A stretch of 35,857 nucleotides of DNA from Candidatus Saganbacteria bacterium (GCA_016219705.1 JACRKQ010000062.1:1-35857), one strand, 5' to 3'; positions 23,600 to 32,302 are shown, numbered from the stretch's first letter. Numbers and translations are program-made. Notes: generated by a model not told the origin, from the letters alone.

Positions 23600-24715
23600 A
23601 TGAGCTCTTTTGTCTTACTTGGCGTCAATAGTTTTAACCCCGCTCTCTGCGACGGCGTTTCCAACAGCATCCTGGAGCTGATGGCTTTTTTGAAAAATAA
23701 AGGCCACCAAGTAAAAATAATTAATTATCTGACAGGAGAACCATACCGTCAGTTTATCTACAAGCAATTCAATAAAAATTCAACGAATTGGCAGGATGTC
23801 GGTTATCAGCTTACGGTCTCCGGCCTTGAAGTTGTGATGCGGCTTTTGCCTGACCGGGAAAAAGCTTCTCAATCTCAAGCGGTCAAACTAATTATGCGGG
23901 AGATAAAAGATTTACAGATAGATTTTGTTTTGACGATCGATAATTGCTTCTCCGCCCTTTTAGTCGCGCATTTGCTGAACATTCCCGGGGCCCATTGGTT
24001 TCATTCGGAAGCATACGTTAAAGAATTTCGCAACAAACCCTATTATCTAATGATGCTAAAAAATCGACAGGTATTGGCAACTTCACAGTATATCCAAGCC
24101 CGCATCAAAGCTTGTCTAGATCTGAATTCAATTGTCTGGTATCCGATCATTGACTTTAACCGCTGCCAAACCACAACCCAGACGACCACGGCTAATAATC
24201 TCGGTTTTTATTCCGGCGGGCCGCATAAAGGGGACGAGCTCGTGAATTACTTGATTGGACAGATGCCAGAGTACAATTTTATTACCGCGGGAAGATTGTT
24301 TCAAAGTATTTTTAAGACGGCTCCAAAAAACCTGGAAATATTAGGCGATGTGGCTGATATTAAAACTTTTTACCAAAAGATAAAATTATTGCTTGTCCCC
24401 TCTTTGGTCCCCGAAGGTTTTGGCCGGGTCATTGTGGAGGCGGCCGCCAATGGCATTCCGACTATTGCCAATAACGTCGGCGGGATTCCCGAAGCGCTGG
24501 GACAAAGCGGCCTATTGGTTGATGTTGAAAATATCAAACAGCCAAATATGCCTTTGTTGGTAAATAGATATCAAAGCATAATCGAACAGCTCTGCAACAA
24601 TAAAACAGATTATGATCTCTGTCAACAGCAAGCTTTAGCGCAAGCAAAAAAATATAAATTTTTACAGGAGCAGATGAATAATGAAAACTATCGCCTTATT
24701 ACTGGTAAAAAATGA
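23600..24715 (+). CDS. Glycosyltransferase, GT-B fold (family 1/4-like)
   Basis: The C-terminal motif EGFGRVIVEAAANGIPTIANNVGGIPE is typical of GT1/GT4 nucleotide-sugar binding. Confidence 0.75.
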   Translation: MSSFVLLGVNSFNPALCDGVSNSILELMAFLKNKGHQVKIINYLTGEPYRQFIYKQFNKNSTNWQDVGYQLTVSGLEVVMRLLPDREKASQSQAVKLIMREIKDLQIDFVLTIDNCFSALLVAHLLNIPGAHWFHSEAYVKEFRNKPYYLMMLKNRQVLATSQYIQARIKACLDLNSIVWYPIIDFNRCQTTTQTTTANNLGFYSGGPHKGDELVNYLIGQMPEYNFITAGRLFQSIFKTAPKNLEILGDVADIKTFYQKIKLLLVPSLVPEGFGRVIVEAAANGIPTIANNVGGIPEALGQSGLLVDVENIKQPNMPLLVNRYQSIIEQLCNNKTDYDLCQQQALAQAKKYKFLQEQMNNENYRLITGKK

Positions 24716-25637
24716 AGGTTGGATCTTGCCGACCACGCTACCTCAACTGAATAAATTTGTTGACGAAATCCTCGTCCTTGATACCAGCTCAACAGATAAT
24801 TCGCTAGCTATTTTAAAACACCTTAACATCTCTTTTCGACAGAAGAAATATGACACGCCGATAATTGACAATTCTGTCTGGCGGACAGAATTGCTGGATT
24901 GGGGACGCAGCCGCGGCGGGACCCACTTTGTCTGCCTGGACGCAGACGAAGCTTTTACTTCTCATCTCCTCCCGCATTTTAATGAATGGTTAAGCCGGCT
25001 GGAGCCTGGGGAAAAATTAATGCTTGATTGGCTGACCACCTGGAAAAGTCCGACCAAAATCAGAGTTGATAATTCCATTTGGAAAAAGATTCCCAAAGAT
25101 TTTATTTTTCGCGATCAAGCCGGCTTGCAGTTTGACGGGCAAACAATGCATGAGAACAGAACTCCAGGAAGTGGTAAGGCTAAATATGTGCCTCGCGAAA
25201 GAGGGGCGGTTTGGCATTTCCAATTTGCCGCTTTTGCCAGGTTTCAAATGAAGCAGGCTTTTTATCGAGTTAAGGAATTAAATGATAAAGGCCAGGCGAT
25301 GGATAATTTTAAATTAATCGACAGGATCAATAATTTTTACTCGATAACTTTGGATAATAGCGCCGCCCAGTGCGCAGATGCGCCAAAAAATTGGTACAGC
25401 GGCCTGCAAAATCTGGATAATATAAAAAATGCGCCGATGGGCTGGTTTTTACCGGCCATACTTGATTATTTCGCGCAAAAAGGGCTTGAGTATTTTGAGC
25501 CGCTGCAGATTTGGCACATTTCAGACCTTGAGGCCGAGTTTAGGCAAAAAATTGGCCGCGGTCCGAGATCGCTGTCACTGCCGCCTAAGCCGCGGATTGT
25601 CTCTTCTTCATGTCTTATGGGAGCTGATTCCTGGTAG
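24681..25637 (+). CDS. Putative glycosyltransferase, GT-A/family-2-like
   Basis: N-terminal IALLLVKNEG...ILVLDTSSTDNS and a later CLDADE motif. Confidence 0.5.
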   Translation: MKTIALLLVKNEGWILPTTLPQLNKFVDEILVLDTSSTDNSLAILKHLNISFRQKKYDTPIIDNSVWRTELLDWGRSRGGTHFVCLDADEAFTSHLLPHFNEWLSRLEPGEKLMLDWLTTWKSPTKIRVDNSIWKKIPKDFIFRDQAGLQFDGQTMHENRTPGSGKAKYVPRERGAVWHFQFAAFARFQMKQAFYRVKELNDKGQAMDNFKLIDRINNFYSITLDNSAAQCADAPKNWYSGLQNLDNIKNAPMGWFLPAILDYFAQKGLEYFEPLQIWHISDLEAEFRQKIGRGPRSLSLPPKPRIVSSSCLMGADSW

Positions 25638-26336
25638 TTGGTATTGTTCAATGATGGCAGCGAAAGCGCTTTTTTCCCGCTCAAAAATTTCTGTAAATTT
25701 TTCTTTGTCCAGGGTCAACTTAATAGTTGTATTGTGTTGATGCCAAATGTAATGGGCCAGGTCGATAACTGTCCTCTGGCCATTTTTCCTGGCCATCTGG
25801 TAGATAAAATCGTCGCCAAAGAACAGTTTTATTGGCGCGGGGATATTTTGCCATTCTGATCGCCGGCCAAAAATAAACCAGCCAATCCGTTCAAATTTTA
25901 ATTTATGTTCCGCGCCTAAATCTTGGAGATTAGGAGGATGATTTTGTCCTTTAAACAATCTGCTATACAAATCTGGGTGAAGATTATCCAGGCTTCTAAA
26001 AGTGACAAGCCCGATAGTCGGGTCTTGAATAATCTTCTCGCCTTTGCTTATAACCCGATCCCAAATTAAGCAATCATCGTTCAGCAGCAGGTAATAATCG
26101 GTTGTGGCCTGTTTAAGTCCCAAATTCCAGCTCTCATTAACATTAAAACGTTGATTAAAATGCGTTACTTTTAATCTGGGAGAGGAGCAATATTTTTTGC
26201 ATTCATTATCAAGGGTATTATCAATAATATGAATATAGCAATTTTGAGTCAGCAGCAAGTCCAGACTTTTCTCCAACATTTGCGGCGCCTGATTTAGACT
26301 GGGGATGATAACTGTGGTGTTTATCGTTTTAGGCAT
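25608..26336 (-). CDS. Glycosyltransferase family 2-like, short (242 aa)
   Basis: VIIPSLNQ...IIDNTLDN and LLLNDDCLIW (DxD-like) motifs. Overlaps the 3' end of the HprK-like copy 2. Confidence 0.6.
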   Translation of the reverse strand: MPKTINTTVIIPSLNQAPQMLEKSLDLLLTQNCYIHIIDNTLDNECKKYCSSPRLKVTHFNQRFNVNESWNLGLKQATTDYYLLLNDDCLIWDRVISKGEKIIQDPTIGLVTFRSLDNLHPDLYSRLFKGQNHPPNLQDLGAEHKLKFERIGWFIFGRRSEWQNIPAPIKLFFGDDFIYQMARKNGQRTVIDLAHYIWHQHNTTIKLTLDKEKFTEIFEREKSAFAAIIEQYQLPGISSHKT

Positions 26337-27238
26337 GTACTACTAAATACATTTTTTGTTAATTCATAATTGTTGATCGCCACCTCCATCTTATTCCAAA
26401 ATCGGCCGGTTAAGGTAAAATACAGGCGATGACAGGGAAGAGTACGAGTTAAGTTATAGGCATTATTGAATATTTTTAATTTCATCTTTGTAATTTCTTT
26501 TTTTGGAAAGCCGCTTAAATTTCGATGAAATATTTGCATCGCCCCATTATAAACAGCACCGATAGTAGTATTGTGACGTAATGATTCCACTCCATCTTCC
26601 ATCGCTTGTTTAAGAAAAAAAAATCCTGCTAGCGGATAAGCTTTTTCCACTGCCCAAGTTTTTTGATCAACATTCTCCCTGCAAAAATTACTAAAAGTTG
26701 GTAAGGGGTGTACCCAATATTGAGAGCCATGCTTAACAATTAGTGTTTCGTCATCAGCCAACGCTTGCCAAGGGGAGGGAATTCTTTGACAACAGGTCGA
26801 TTTCCCAGTGCCAGCAATAGCGGGGAGCAAATAAGCTTTGCTCTCTTTAATCACCATCCCCGCATGAAATGGCAGTCCGTCGGCATTAATCATCTCCTTA
26901 TATATATAAGTCAAAAGAAAGGATAAACAGTGTATCTCCATATGGCTATTTGGAGATGGGTCAAAACCAACTATTAAATGCGGCTCCTGGGGATGATCCA
27001 AAATCTTCACAGTCCCAAAATCTCGTACCCGCCAGTCGGGAGAAAAAAACTTCATTATTTTTTGATGGAATAGTTTTTCATTATTCAAAGAATAGAAATA
27101 TATTTTAGTATGATGAGAAATCGGAGCAACAATCAGCTGCATAATTGCGGCTAGTTTTTTTAACAATGCTTTGGCTTCCTTGCCAACGGCAACTAACTCC
27201 CACTTATGTCCATCAATCAAACGTAAAAGATAAGACAT
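26321..27238 (-). CDS. HPr-kinase/phosphorylase-like P-loop protein, copy 2
   Basis: P-loop LPAIAGTGKSTCCQRIPSPW. Collinear similarity to copy 1 throughout (LLRL...GxxWE, HAGMVIKESKAYLL, WVHPLPTFSNF). Starts 6 nt after precursor 1. Confidence 0.65.
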   Translation of the reverse strand: MSYLLRLIDGHKWELVAVGKEAKALLKKLAAIMQLIVAPISHHTKIYFYSLNNEKLFHQKIMKFFSPDWRVRDFGTVKILDHPQEPHLIVGFDPSPNSHMEIHCLSFLLTYIYKEMINADGLPFHAGMVIKESKAYLLPAIAGTGKSTCCQRIPSPWQALADDETLIVKHGSQYWVHPLPTFSNFCRENVDQKTWAVEKAYPLAGFFFLKQAMEDGVESLRHNTTIGAVYNGAMQIFHRNLSGFPKKEITKMKLKIFNNAYNLTRTLPCHRLYFTLTGRFWNKMEVAINNYELTKNVFSSTCLKR

Positions 27239-27244
27239 TAACCG

Positions 27245-27463
27245 TTATGAAGCGGTGCCGCCAGCAGAACAGCTACCTCCATTCCCTCCCTCGTTACATG
27301 CATAATTACTTAAACCGATGCCGCAAGACGAGAGAGGAGTCGAAGCTGATGTCCCGGTGACACAGCGATTTGTAGCGCTAGCCCCAGGACTACACTCTGC
27401 TGCAAATACTGAAACATTAAAAGAATCTTCTAAACATGGCTTCTCATACTTTATCTTTTCCAT
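27245..27463 (-). CDS. Precursor peptide 1, 72 aa. The leader carries the motif KIKYEKP. The core is Gly/Ser/Thr/Ala-rich with 6 Cys.
   Basis: MEKIKYEKPCLEDSFNVSVFAAECSPGASATNRCVTGTSASTPLSSCGIGLSNYACNEGGNGGSCSAGGTAS. A strong RBS AAGGGGG sits 8 nt upstream of the ATG. Confidence 0.7.
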   Translation of the reverse strand: MEKIKYEKPCLEDSFNVSVFAAECSPGASATNRCVTGTSASTPLSSCGIGLSNYACNEGGNGGSCSAGGTAS

Positions 27464-27493
27464 TTTTTCTACCCCCTTATTATTTTTCCCTTT

Positions 27494-27802
27494 TTACCCC
27501 ACCGGTACTTCGACTTTCGTCAAGCGGCTTTCAACACCATCCAGCCGCCGATCCTGCTCCCGATCTTTCCCAACTGCCAAAGTCCTGTCCTCTCGCGCTT
27601 TGACTAGCTCGTCCATCACACCGTCTAATTTATTCAAAACATCATCTTTATGCTGTTTGCTCTCTTCCCGCAATTGCTTCATTTCTCCTCTCATCTCATT
27701 CTTAAACTGCGCTAAATCTTCCTTCGTTGCAAAGTTTTTCAAATCTTCCTTCGTTGCGAAAACTGTCTTTAATTTAGTGATATCCTTATCCGTAATTGCC
27801 AT
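27494..27802 (-). CDS. Hypothetical charged coiled-coil protein, 102 aa
   Basis: Highly charged helical sequence with a duplicated FATKEDL motif. RBS AGGTGA. Lies between rSAM copy 2 and precursor 1. Confidence 0.4.
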   Translation of the reverse strand: MAITDKDITKLKTVFATKEDLKNFATKEDLAQFKNEMRGEMKQLREESKQHKDDVLNKLDGVMDELVKAREDRTLAVGKDREQDRRLDGVESRLTKVEVPVG

Positions 27803-27840
27803 TTTTTCACCTCTACAAAATCATTTTACCTAGATATCTA

Positions 27841-27870
27841 ATTATCGCAAATTTACCGAAAACTTGTCAA
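27841..27870 (-). promoter_or_regulatory. Sigma70-like promoter inside the cluster: TTGACA, 18-nt spacer, GATAAT
   Basis: On the minus strand, TTGACA is the complement of 27865-27870 and GATAAT the complement of 27841-27846. It lies upstream of the 102-aa gene and precursor 1. Confidence 0.4.
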
Positions 27871-27878
27871 CAACAAAC

Positions 27879-28997
27879 TCATGGCGCTGTCGCCACCAAG
27901 TTTTCGTCGGGCAAAACGCCCCCCTGGGACAGGAATTTTTTCAGGCAGGCATCGGGGCTGGGGCCGTATATTTCCCCCGTCAAGGTGTAGGAGAGCGCCG
28001 GGCAGCCGCCGCGGCAATAAGAAATATATTCGCAAGCACGGCAATCTGCAAATCTGTCGAGCGGAATTTCTCGCCGCTGCCTGAATTTAATCAATTCTGG
28101 GTGGTTAAGCCAGATGTCTTTTAGGTTCTCTTGATTTATCCGGCCCAGTTCAACGTCGTTGATCTGCGCGCAAGGAACGATAACCCCATCCGCCCGCACC
28201 GCCAATTTGCTAAAAACACCGCCGCAGCTGGTTAACAAACCGCAACCTCCTTCTCCTTCTCGCCCTTCTCGTTGAGCTTTTACCATTTTTAACCAGAATT
28301 TTGCTTCTGCCAGTGGACCAGCGGCGGCCGAAATACGATTACCATATTTTTGAATCAATTTTAACAAAGAGTTCATGGCAACTGTTCGTTCCGCCGGTGT
28401 CAACTGGATCTCATCAGAATTTTTCTGGCACAAACCAAGATAGGAGGCGGAATTGGTGGAAAATCCCGGCAAACCTAGGTCTTCAATAAGTAATTTGGCG
28501 ACATTTTCGAGATCATGGACATTATAGCGGTTGATGGTAACACGAACGGTTGTTGATAATTTGTATTTTTGCAGCTGCTTGACGGCGGCGACAGCTTTAA
28601 GGAATGTCCCTTGGCCGCGGCTGGCCTCGTGGATAATGGGCTGGGAACCGTCGATGGAGACCTGGACACTGTTGCAGCGTTTAGTCGCCGCTAAAAACTC
28701 CGCCCACTCTTCGGTAATTAAGGTGCCATTACTTAGGAGGCTAAAGCGCAGCCTGTTTTTGATAATGCCGTTGATAATCTCTTTTAAGTCAGAGCGAAAG
28801 AAGGGCTCGCCACCGGCCAGGCAGATATTAAAAACGCCGATTTTAGTTGCTTCCTCAAAGAACTTCAGCCATTCGGCCGCTGGAAGATCCTTTTCCACAC
28901 TGCCTGTACTGGTAAAATGGCTGCAATACTTACAGCGCAGGTTGCAATTGTTGGTAATATTAATGTCTACCCCTGACGGGGCGCTAATAAGTTTCAT
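27879..28997 (-). CDS. Radical SAM / SPASM-domain peptide-modifying enzyme, copy 2
   Basis: CNLRCKYC matches CxxxCxxC. C-terminal Cys-rich SPASM region (CGLLTSCGG...CAQ...CRACEYISYCRGGC). Lies 10 nt downstream of precursor 2. Confidence 0.85.
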   Translation of the reverse strand: MKLISAPSGVDINITNNCNLRCKYCSHFTSTGSVEKDLPAAEWLKFFEEATKIGVFNICLAGGEPFFRSDLKEIINGIIKNRLRFSLLSNGTLITEEWAEFLAATKRCNSVQVSIDGSQPIIHEASRGQGTFLKAVAAVKQLQKYKLSTTVRVTINRYNVHDLENVAKLLIEDLGLPGFSTNSASYLGLCQKNSDEIQLTPAERTVAMNSLLKLIQKYGNRISAAAGPLAEAKFWLKMVKAQREGREGEGGCGLLTSCGGVFSKLAVRADGVIVPCAQINDVELGRINQENLKDIWLNHPELIKFRQRREIPLDRFADCRACEYISYCRGGCPALSYTLTGEIYGPSPDACLKKFLSQGGVLPDENLVATAP

Positions 28998-29006
28998 AAG
29001 ACTCTA

Positions 29007-29210
29007 TCATCCTACTCCAGTTCCCGAATTGCATAAAGGCGGCGCACCTGGGGCGGAAGTCCCGCTAATACACCCATTAGCGCCAGTGGCCGATGTCCCA
29101 GTATTGCAATTATCAGTTGCAGAACTTCCTGTGCTACTACAGGGAGCCGCCTGCACTTCTCCAGAAAAATCTACCAGCTCTGGTTTCTCATACTTGATCT
29201 TTTTTTGCAA
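29007..29210 (-). CDS. Precursor peptide 2, about 67 aa from a TTG start. Same leader and core motifs as precursor 1. The core has 4 Cys.
   Basis: (M/L)QKKIKYEKPELVDFSGEVQAAPCSSTGSSATDNCNTGTSATGANGCISGTSAPGAPPLCNSGTGVG. RBS GAGGGG sits 6 nt before the TTG at 29210. The ORF track extends to 29420, but no ATG lies near the conserved leader. Confidence 0.6.
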   Translation of the reverse strand: MQKKIKYEKPELVDFSGEVQAAPCSSTGSSATDNCNTGTSATGANGCISGTSAPGAPPLCNSGTGVG

Positions 29211-29238
29211 ATTTATCCCCTCATTGTCAACAAACAAT

Positions 29239-29267
29239 TTTACACCAAAATAGTTATCTTGTATAAT
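29239..29267 (+). promoter_or_regulatory. Sigma70-like promoter for mtnP: TTTACA, 17-nt spacer, TG-TATAAT. It gives a near-leaderless transcript.
   Basis: TTTACA at 29239-29244. TGTATAAT at 29260-29267. The first in-frame ATG overlaps the -10, so the start is more likely the ATG at 29275. Confidence 0.4.
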
Positions 29268-29274
29268 GGTAATC

Positions 29275-30009
29275 ATGGTAAAAATTGGTATTATCGGCGG
29301 TTCGGGGTTAGACAATCCTGACATTTTAAAAGAGGCCGTCGACAAAAGTGGCGCCAATAAATACGGCCAGCCATCTTCTCCCCTAGCCTGCGGCAAAATC
29401 AACGGCGTGGCAGTCGTCATCCTGTCCCGCCATGGGCGCGATCACAGCATCATGCCGACCAAAGTTAATTTTTTAGCTAATGTGTACGCGCTGAAAGAAG
29501 AAGGCTGCACCCATATCCTGGCTGCCACAGCCGTCGGTTCGCTGCGAGAAGAGATCGCGCCCGGCAACCTGGTCTTTCCGTCGCAATTTATCGATTTTAC
29601 CCGCCGCCGCAATTTAACTTTTTTCACCGATCATGTCATCCATACCCCGATGAGCGATCCTTATGATAAACGATTGACCGATATTTTATGCCAGACTTGC
29701 GGCGAATTAAATTATAAATATAACCATGATGTCACGGTTATAACCATTGAAGGGCCCCGCTTCTCAACTCGGGCGGAGAGCCAGATGTTCCGCGCCTGGG
29801 GCGCTGATATTATTAACATGTCGACCTGTCCGGAAGTTATCCTGGCCAATGAGCTGGGGATCCCCTATCAGACCATCGCTATGTCAACAGATTACGATTG
29901 CTGGAAAGAAGATGAAGCGCCGGTCACTTTTGCCATGATCATGGAGCGAATGAAGGAAAACGCTGACAAAGTCAAAAATCTGTTAATTAACGTCGTCAGG
30001 AGGATATAA
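29275..30009 (+). CDS. mtnP: S-methyl-5'-thioadenosine phosphorylase / purine nucleoside phosphorylase
   Basis: [11 protein letters not shown]-terminus and [17 protein letters not shown] motif. The ORF track starts at 29266. Confidence 0.85.
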   Translation: MVKIGIIGGSGLDNPDILKEAVDKSGANKYGQPSSPLACGKINGVAVVILSRHGRDHSIMPTKVNFLANVYALKEEGCTHILAATAVGSLREEIAPGNLVFPSQFIDFTRRRNLTFFTDHVIHTPMSDPYDKRLTDILCQTCGELNYKYNHDVTVITIEGPRFSTRAESQMFRAWGADIINMSTCPEVILANELGIPYQTIAMSTDYDCWKEDEAPVTFAMIMERMKENADKVKNLLINVVRRI

Positions 30010-30536
30010 TGCCGATCAAATCACGGATCAGAACAGTGCCGCATTGGCCGAAGAAAGGAATCATGTTCCGGGATATCACGACGCTATTAAAGGATCCAGT
30101 CGGACTAAAAATCTGCATCGATGATTTTTTGAACCGCTACAAAGACAATAAAATTGATATTGTCGTCGGTATTGATTCGCGCGGCTTTATTCTCGGCGGC
30201 GCCCTGGCCTATTTATTAAATAAAGGGTTTGTCCCGGTCCGTAAAAAGGGGAAACTGCCGGCGGAGACAGAGAAAGAGGAATATACGCTGGAATATGGCA
30301 CAGATGTTATTGAGATCCACAAAGACGCCATTGAGCAGGGGCAAAAAGTTCTCATCATTGATGATTTGATCGCCACCGGCGGGACCGCTCTGGCCGCCGC
30401 GAAATTAGTGCAGAAACTCGGCGGTGAGATCGTCGAATTAGCTTTTATGGTTGATTTGCCTGATTTAGGCGGCAGGAAAAAATTGGCAGCGGCCGGTTAC
30501 AAAGTATACGCGCAAACGGAATTCGCCGGGGAATGA
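30009..30536 (+). CDS. apt: Adenine phosphoribosyltransferase
   Basis: PRPP-binding motif [13 protein letters not shown]. 175 aa. Confidence 0.85.
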   Translation: MPIKSRIRTVPHWPKKGIMFRDITTLLKDPVGLKICIDDFLNRYKDNKIDIVVGIDSRGFILGGALAYLLNKGFVPVRKKGKLPAETEKEEYTLEYGTDVIEIHKDAIEQGQKVLIIDDLIATGGTALAAAKLVQKLGGEIVELAFMVDLPDLGGRKKLAAAGYKVYAQTEFAGE

Positions 30537-31531
30537 AAGTCAAAGGTCAACATTATCGGACCATTTGGTTTGCCCCGCCTGTTGTCTTCTTAATCGAACA
30601 AAATCTCCTCCCTTTTTCTTTTCAAATCGTTAAATGCGCTGATTTTCAGGCGACTTGCCGGGCAATTAAAAATATGACCGTGCGCGGGGCTGGAGCGATT
30701 GGCGCGGCGGCGGGGTTTGCCATGGCGCAAGCTTTATTAGCCAAAGTTGATCCGCTGAAAGCCAAAAAAGAGATCGAAGCGACGCGGCCAACCGCGCAGA
30801 ATCTGTTTTACGCGGCAGAGCGGGTCTTCCAGGCCGCCGATCCTGTCGCTTGCGCCCAAAAGATCGCCGACGAAGACGCCGCAAGCTGCCAGAGAATCGG
30901 CGAGCTTGGCAGTCAATTAATTATAGACGGAATGAGAATAGAAACACATTGCAACGCCGGCTGGCTGGCGTTTGTCGATTATGGCACGGCTCTTGCGCCC
31001 ATTTACGCCGCCAGAGATCAGGGCAAAAATGTTTTTGTTTATGTCGATGAAACACGGCCGCGCGGCCAGGGAGCGCGCCTGACCGCCTGGGAATTATTCA
31101 ATGAAAAAATTCCGCACGCGATTATTCCCGATAACGCCGGCGCCTCCTTAATGTCGCAGGGGAAAGTTGATATGGTAATCGTCGGCGCTGACCGCATCGC
31201 CGCCAATGGCGACGTTGCCAATAAGATCGGCACTCTGGAAAAAGCGCTTGCCGCCCATGAATATGGCATCCCCTTTTACGTCGCGGCGCCAACGGCAACC
31301 ATTGATTTGCAGTGCGCTTCCGGCCAGGACATCCCGATTGAAGAAAGAAGTGAAAAGGAAGTTACTCACCAGTCGGGTATTAATGAAGAAGGCCAAAATT
31401 CCACTATCCTGGTCTGTTCCCCCGGATCAACGGCGTATAATCCGGCATTTGATGTTACTCCCGCCAAATACATCACAAAAATCATCACGGAGAGAGGGGT
31501 TGTGGCTGCTCCAGCAGCTCTTTTTCTTTGA
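30533..31531 (+). CDS. mtnA: S-methyl-5-thioribose-1-phosphate isomerase (eIF-2B-like family)
   Basis: [18 protein letters not shown] motif of the MtnA/eIF2B family. 4-nt overlap with apt. Confidence 0.8.
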   Translation: MKVKGQHYRTIWFAPPVVFLIEQNLLPFSFQIVKCADFQATCRAIKNMTVRGAGAIGAAAGFAMAQALLAKVDPLKAKKEIEATRPTAQNLFYAAERVFQAADPVACAQKIADEDAASCQRIGELGSQLIIDGMRIETHCNAGWLAFVDYGTALAPIYAARDQGKNVFVYVDETRPRGQGARLTAWELFNEKIPHAIIPDNAGASLMSQGKVDMVIVGADRIAANGDVANKIGTLEKALAAHEYGIPFYVAAPTATIDLQCASGQDIPIEERSEKEVTHQSGINEEGQNSTILVCSPGSTAYNPAFDVTPAKYITKIITERGVVAAPAALFL

Positions 31532-31763
31532 GAGAATTGATAAACTCTTCCACATCTGCGGCGACGTTTTCCGGCACATTGTCGCAAGATTCTTTTACTC
31601 TGGCGATAATTTCTGCAACCTCGTTTTTACCGTCTAATAATTTGGTCACAAGCACCGAAGTCGGGTTGAGTCCAAAAGTATTCCCCGTATCCGGATCAAA
31701 CAATACCCCCCATTCATCCAGTTCCTCCCGCAAAACAATCGAATCAAGCAATTTTGGCTGCAT
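31485..31763 (-). CDS. PqqD-family protein (RiPP recognition element-like peptide chaperone)
   Basis: 92 aa. Motifs VLFDPDTGNTFGLNPTSVLVTKLLDGKNEVAEIIARV...[14 protein letters not shown] match the PqqD pattern (LN-T---I---LDG---V-EI...V-EFL--L---GLI). Confidence 0.7.
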   Translation of the reverse strand: MQPKLLDSIVLREELDEWGVLFDPDTGNTFGLNPTSVLVTKLLDGKNEVAEIIARVKESCDNVPENVAADVEEFINSLKEKELLEQPQPLSP

Positions 31764-31801
31764 CTTTCATTCCCTCCCTTTGGTTTATTCTCGCAAATTA
31801 A

Positions 31802-32302
31802 TCATGGCCTTGTCAACAACGAATTCAGGCGATAATTGAGCCGGCCGGTCATATGCCGGCAGGCGCGGCGCAGTTTTTTATTAAGCAGGAGTTTTAAGGC
31901 CGGGGCAAGACAGCGATAAAAATAATGAGACATAATGTTATAGAAAGCGCGCTGATCCTGCCGTGTGAACATCTGCCGCCTTCCCCGAAAAATCTCTTTC
32001 ACCCGCCCGATGATCTGCTCGCTTTTGATGCTGCTGGCCGTCAGATTATTATCCCCTTTTTCCAGGAAACTTATTTCCCGGCTATTTTTGTTAACGCGAA
32101 CAATGCGATGGCAGATCAATTTCCCATACCCCTGAAAAACAACGATATCCCCGGCTTTGATGGCTTGAGGCAGGACATTTTCCAGAAAAATAACGTCCCC
32201 TTCTTTAAGGGTCGGCGCCATGCTCCGGCCGATAAGTTTGGAGACTTTAAATTTCTTTAATTTCTGCAGCGGGGATAATTGGTTAATGTCTATATTATTC
32301 AT
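31802..32302 (-). CDS. S24/S26-family (signal-peptidase-I-like) serine peptidase and putative leader peptidase
   Basis: GRSMAPTLKEGDVIFL matches the S26 Ser box (SMxPTL). GDIVVF follows downstream. A start at the internal Met gives an ATGA overlap with the upstream gene. The ORF track extends to 32368. Confidence 0.6.
   Translation of the reverse strand: MNNIDINQLSPLQKLKKFKVSKLIGRSMAPTLKEGDVIFLENVLPQAIKAGDIVVFQGYGKLICHRIVRVNKNSREISFLEKGDNNLTASSIKSEQIIGRVKEIFRGRRQMFTRQDQRAFYNIMSHYFYRCLAPALKLLLNKKLRRACRHMTGRLNYRLNSLLTRP

Noticed and set aside
29266-29268. First ATG of the mtnP ORF
   Set aside because: It lies inside the TATAAT -10 hexamer. The ATG 9 nt downstream yields the canonical [12 protein letters not shown] N-terminus.
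29007-29420. 137-aa extended version of the precursor-2 ORF
   Set aside because: The upstream extension has no similarity to precursor 1. It runs through the divergent mtnP promoter. A GAGGGG RBS followed by TTG at 29210 aligns the conserved KIKYEKP leader with precursor 1.
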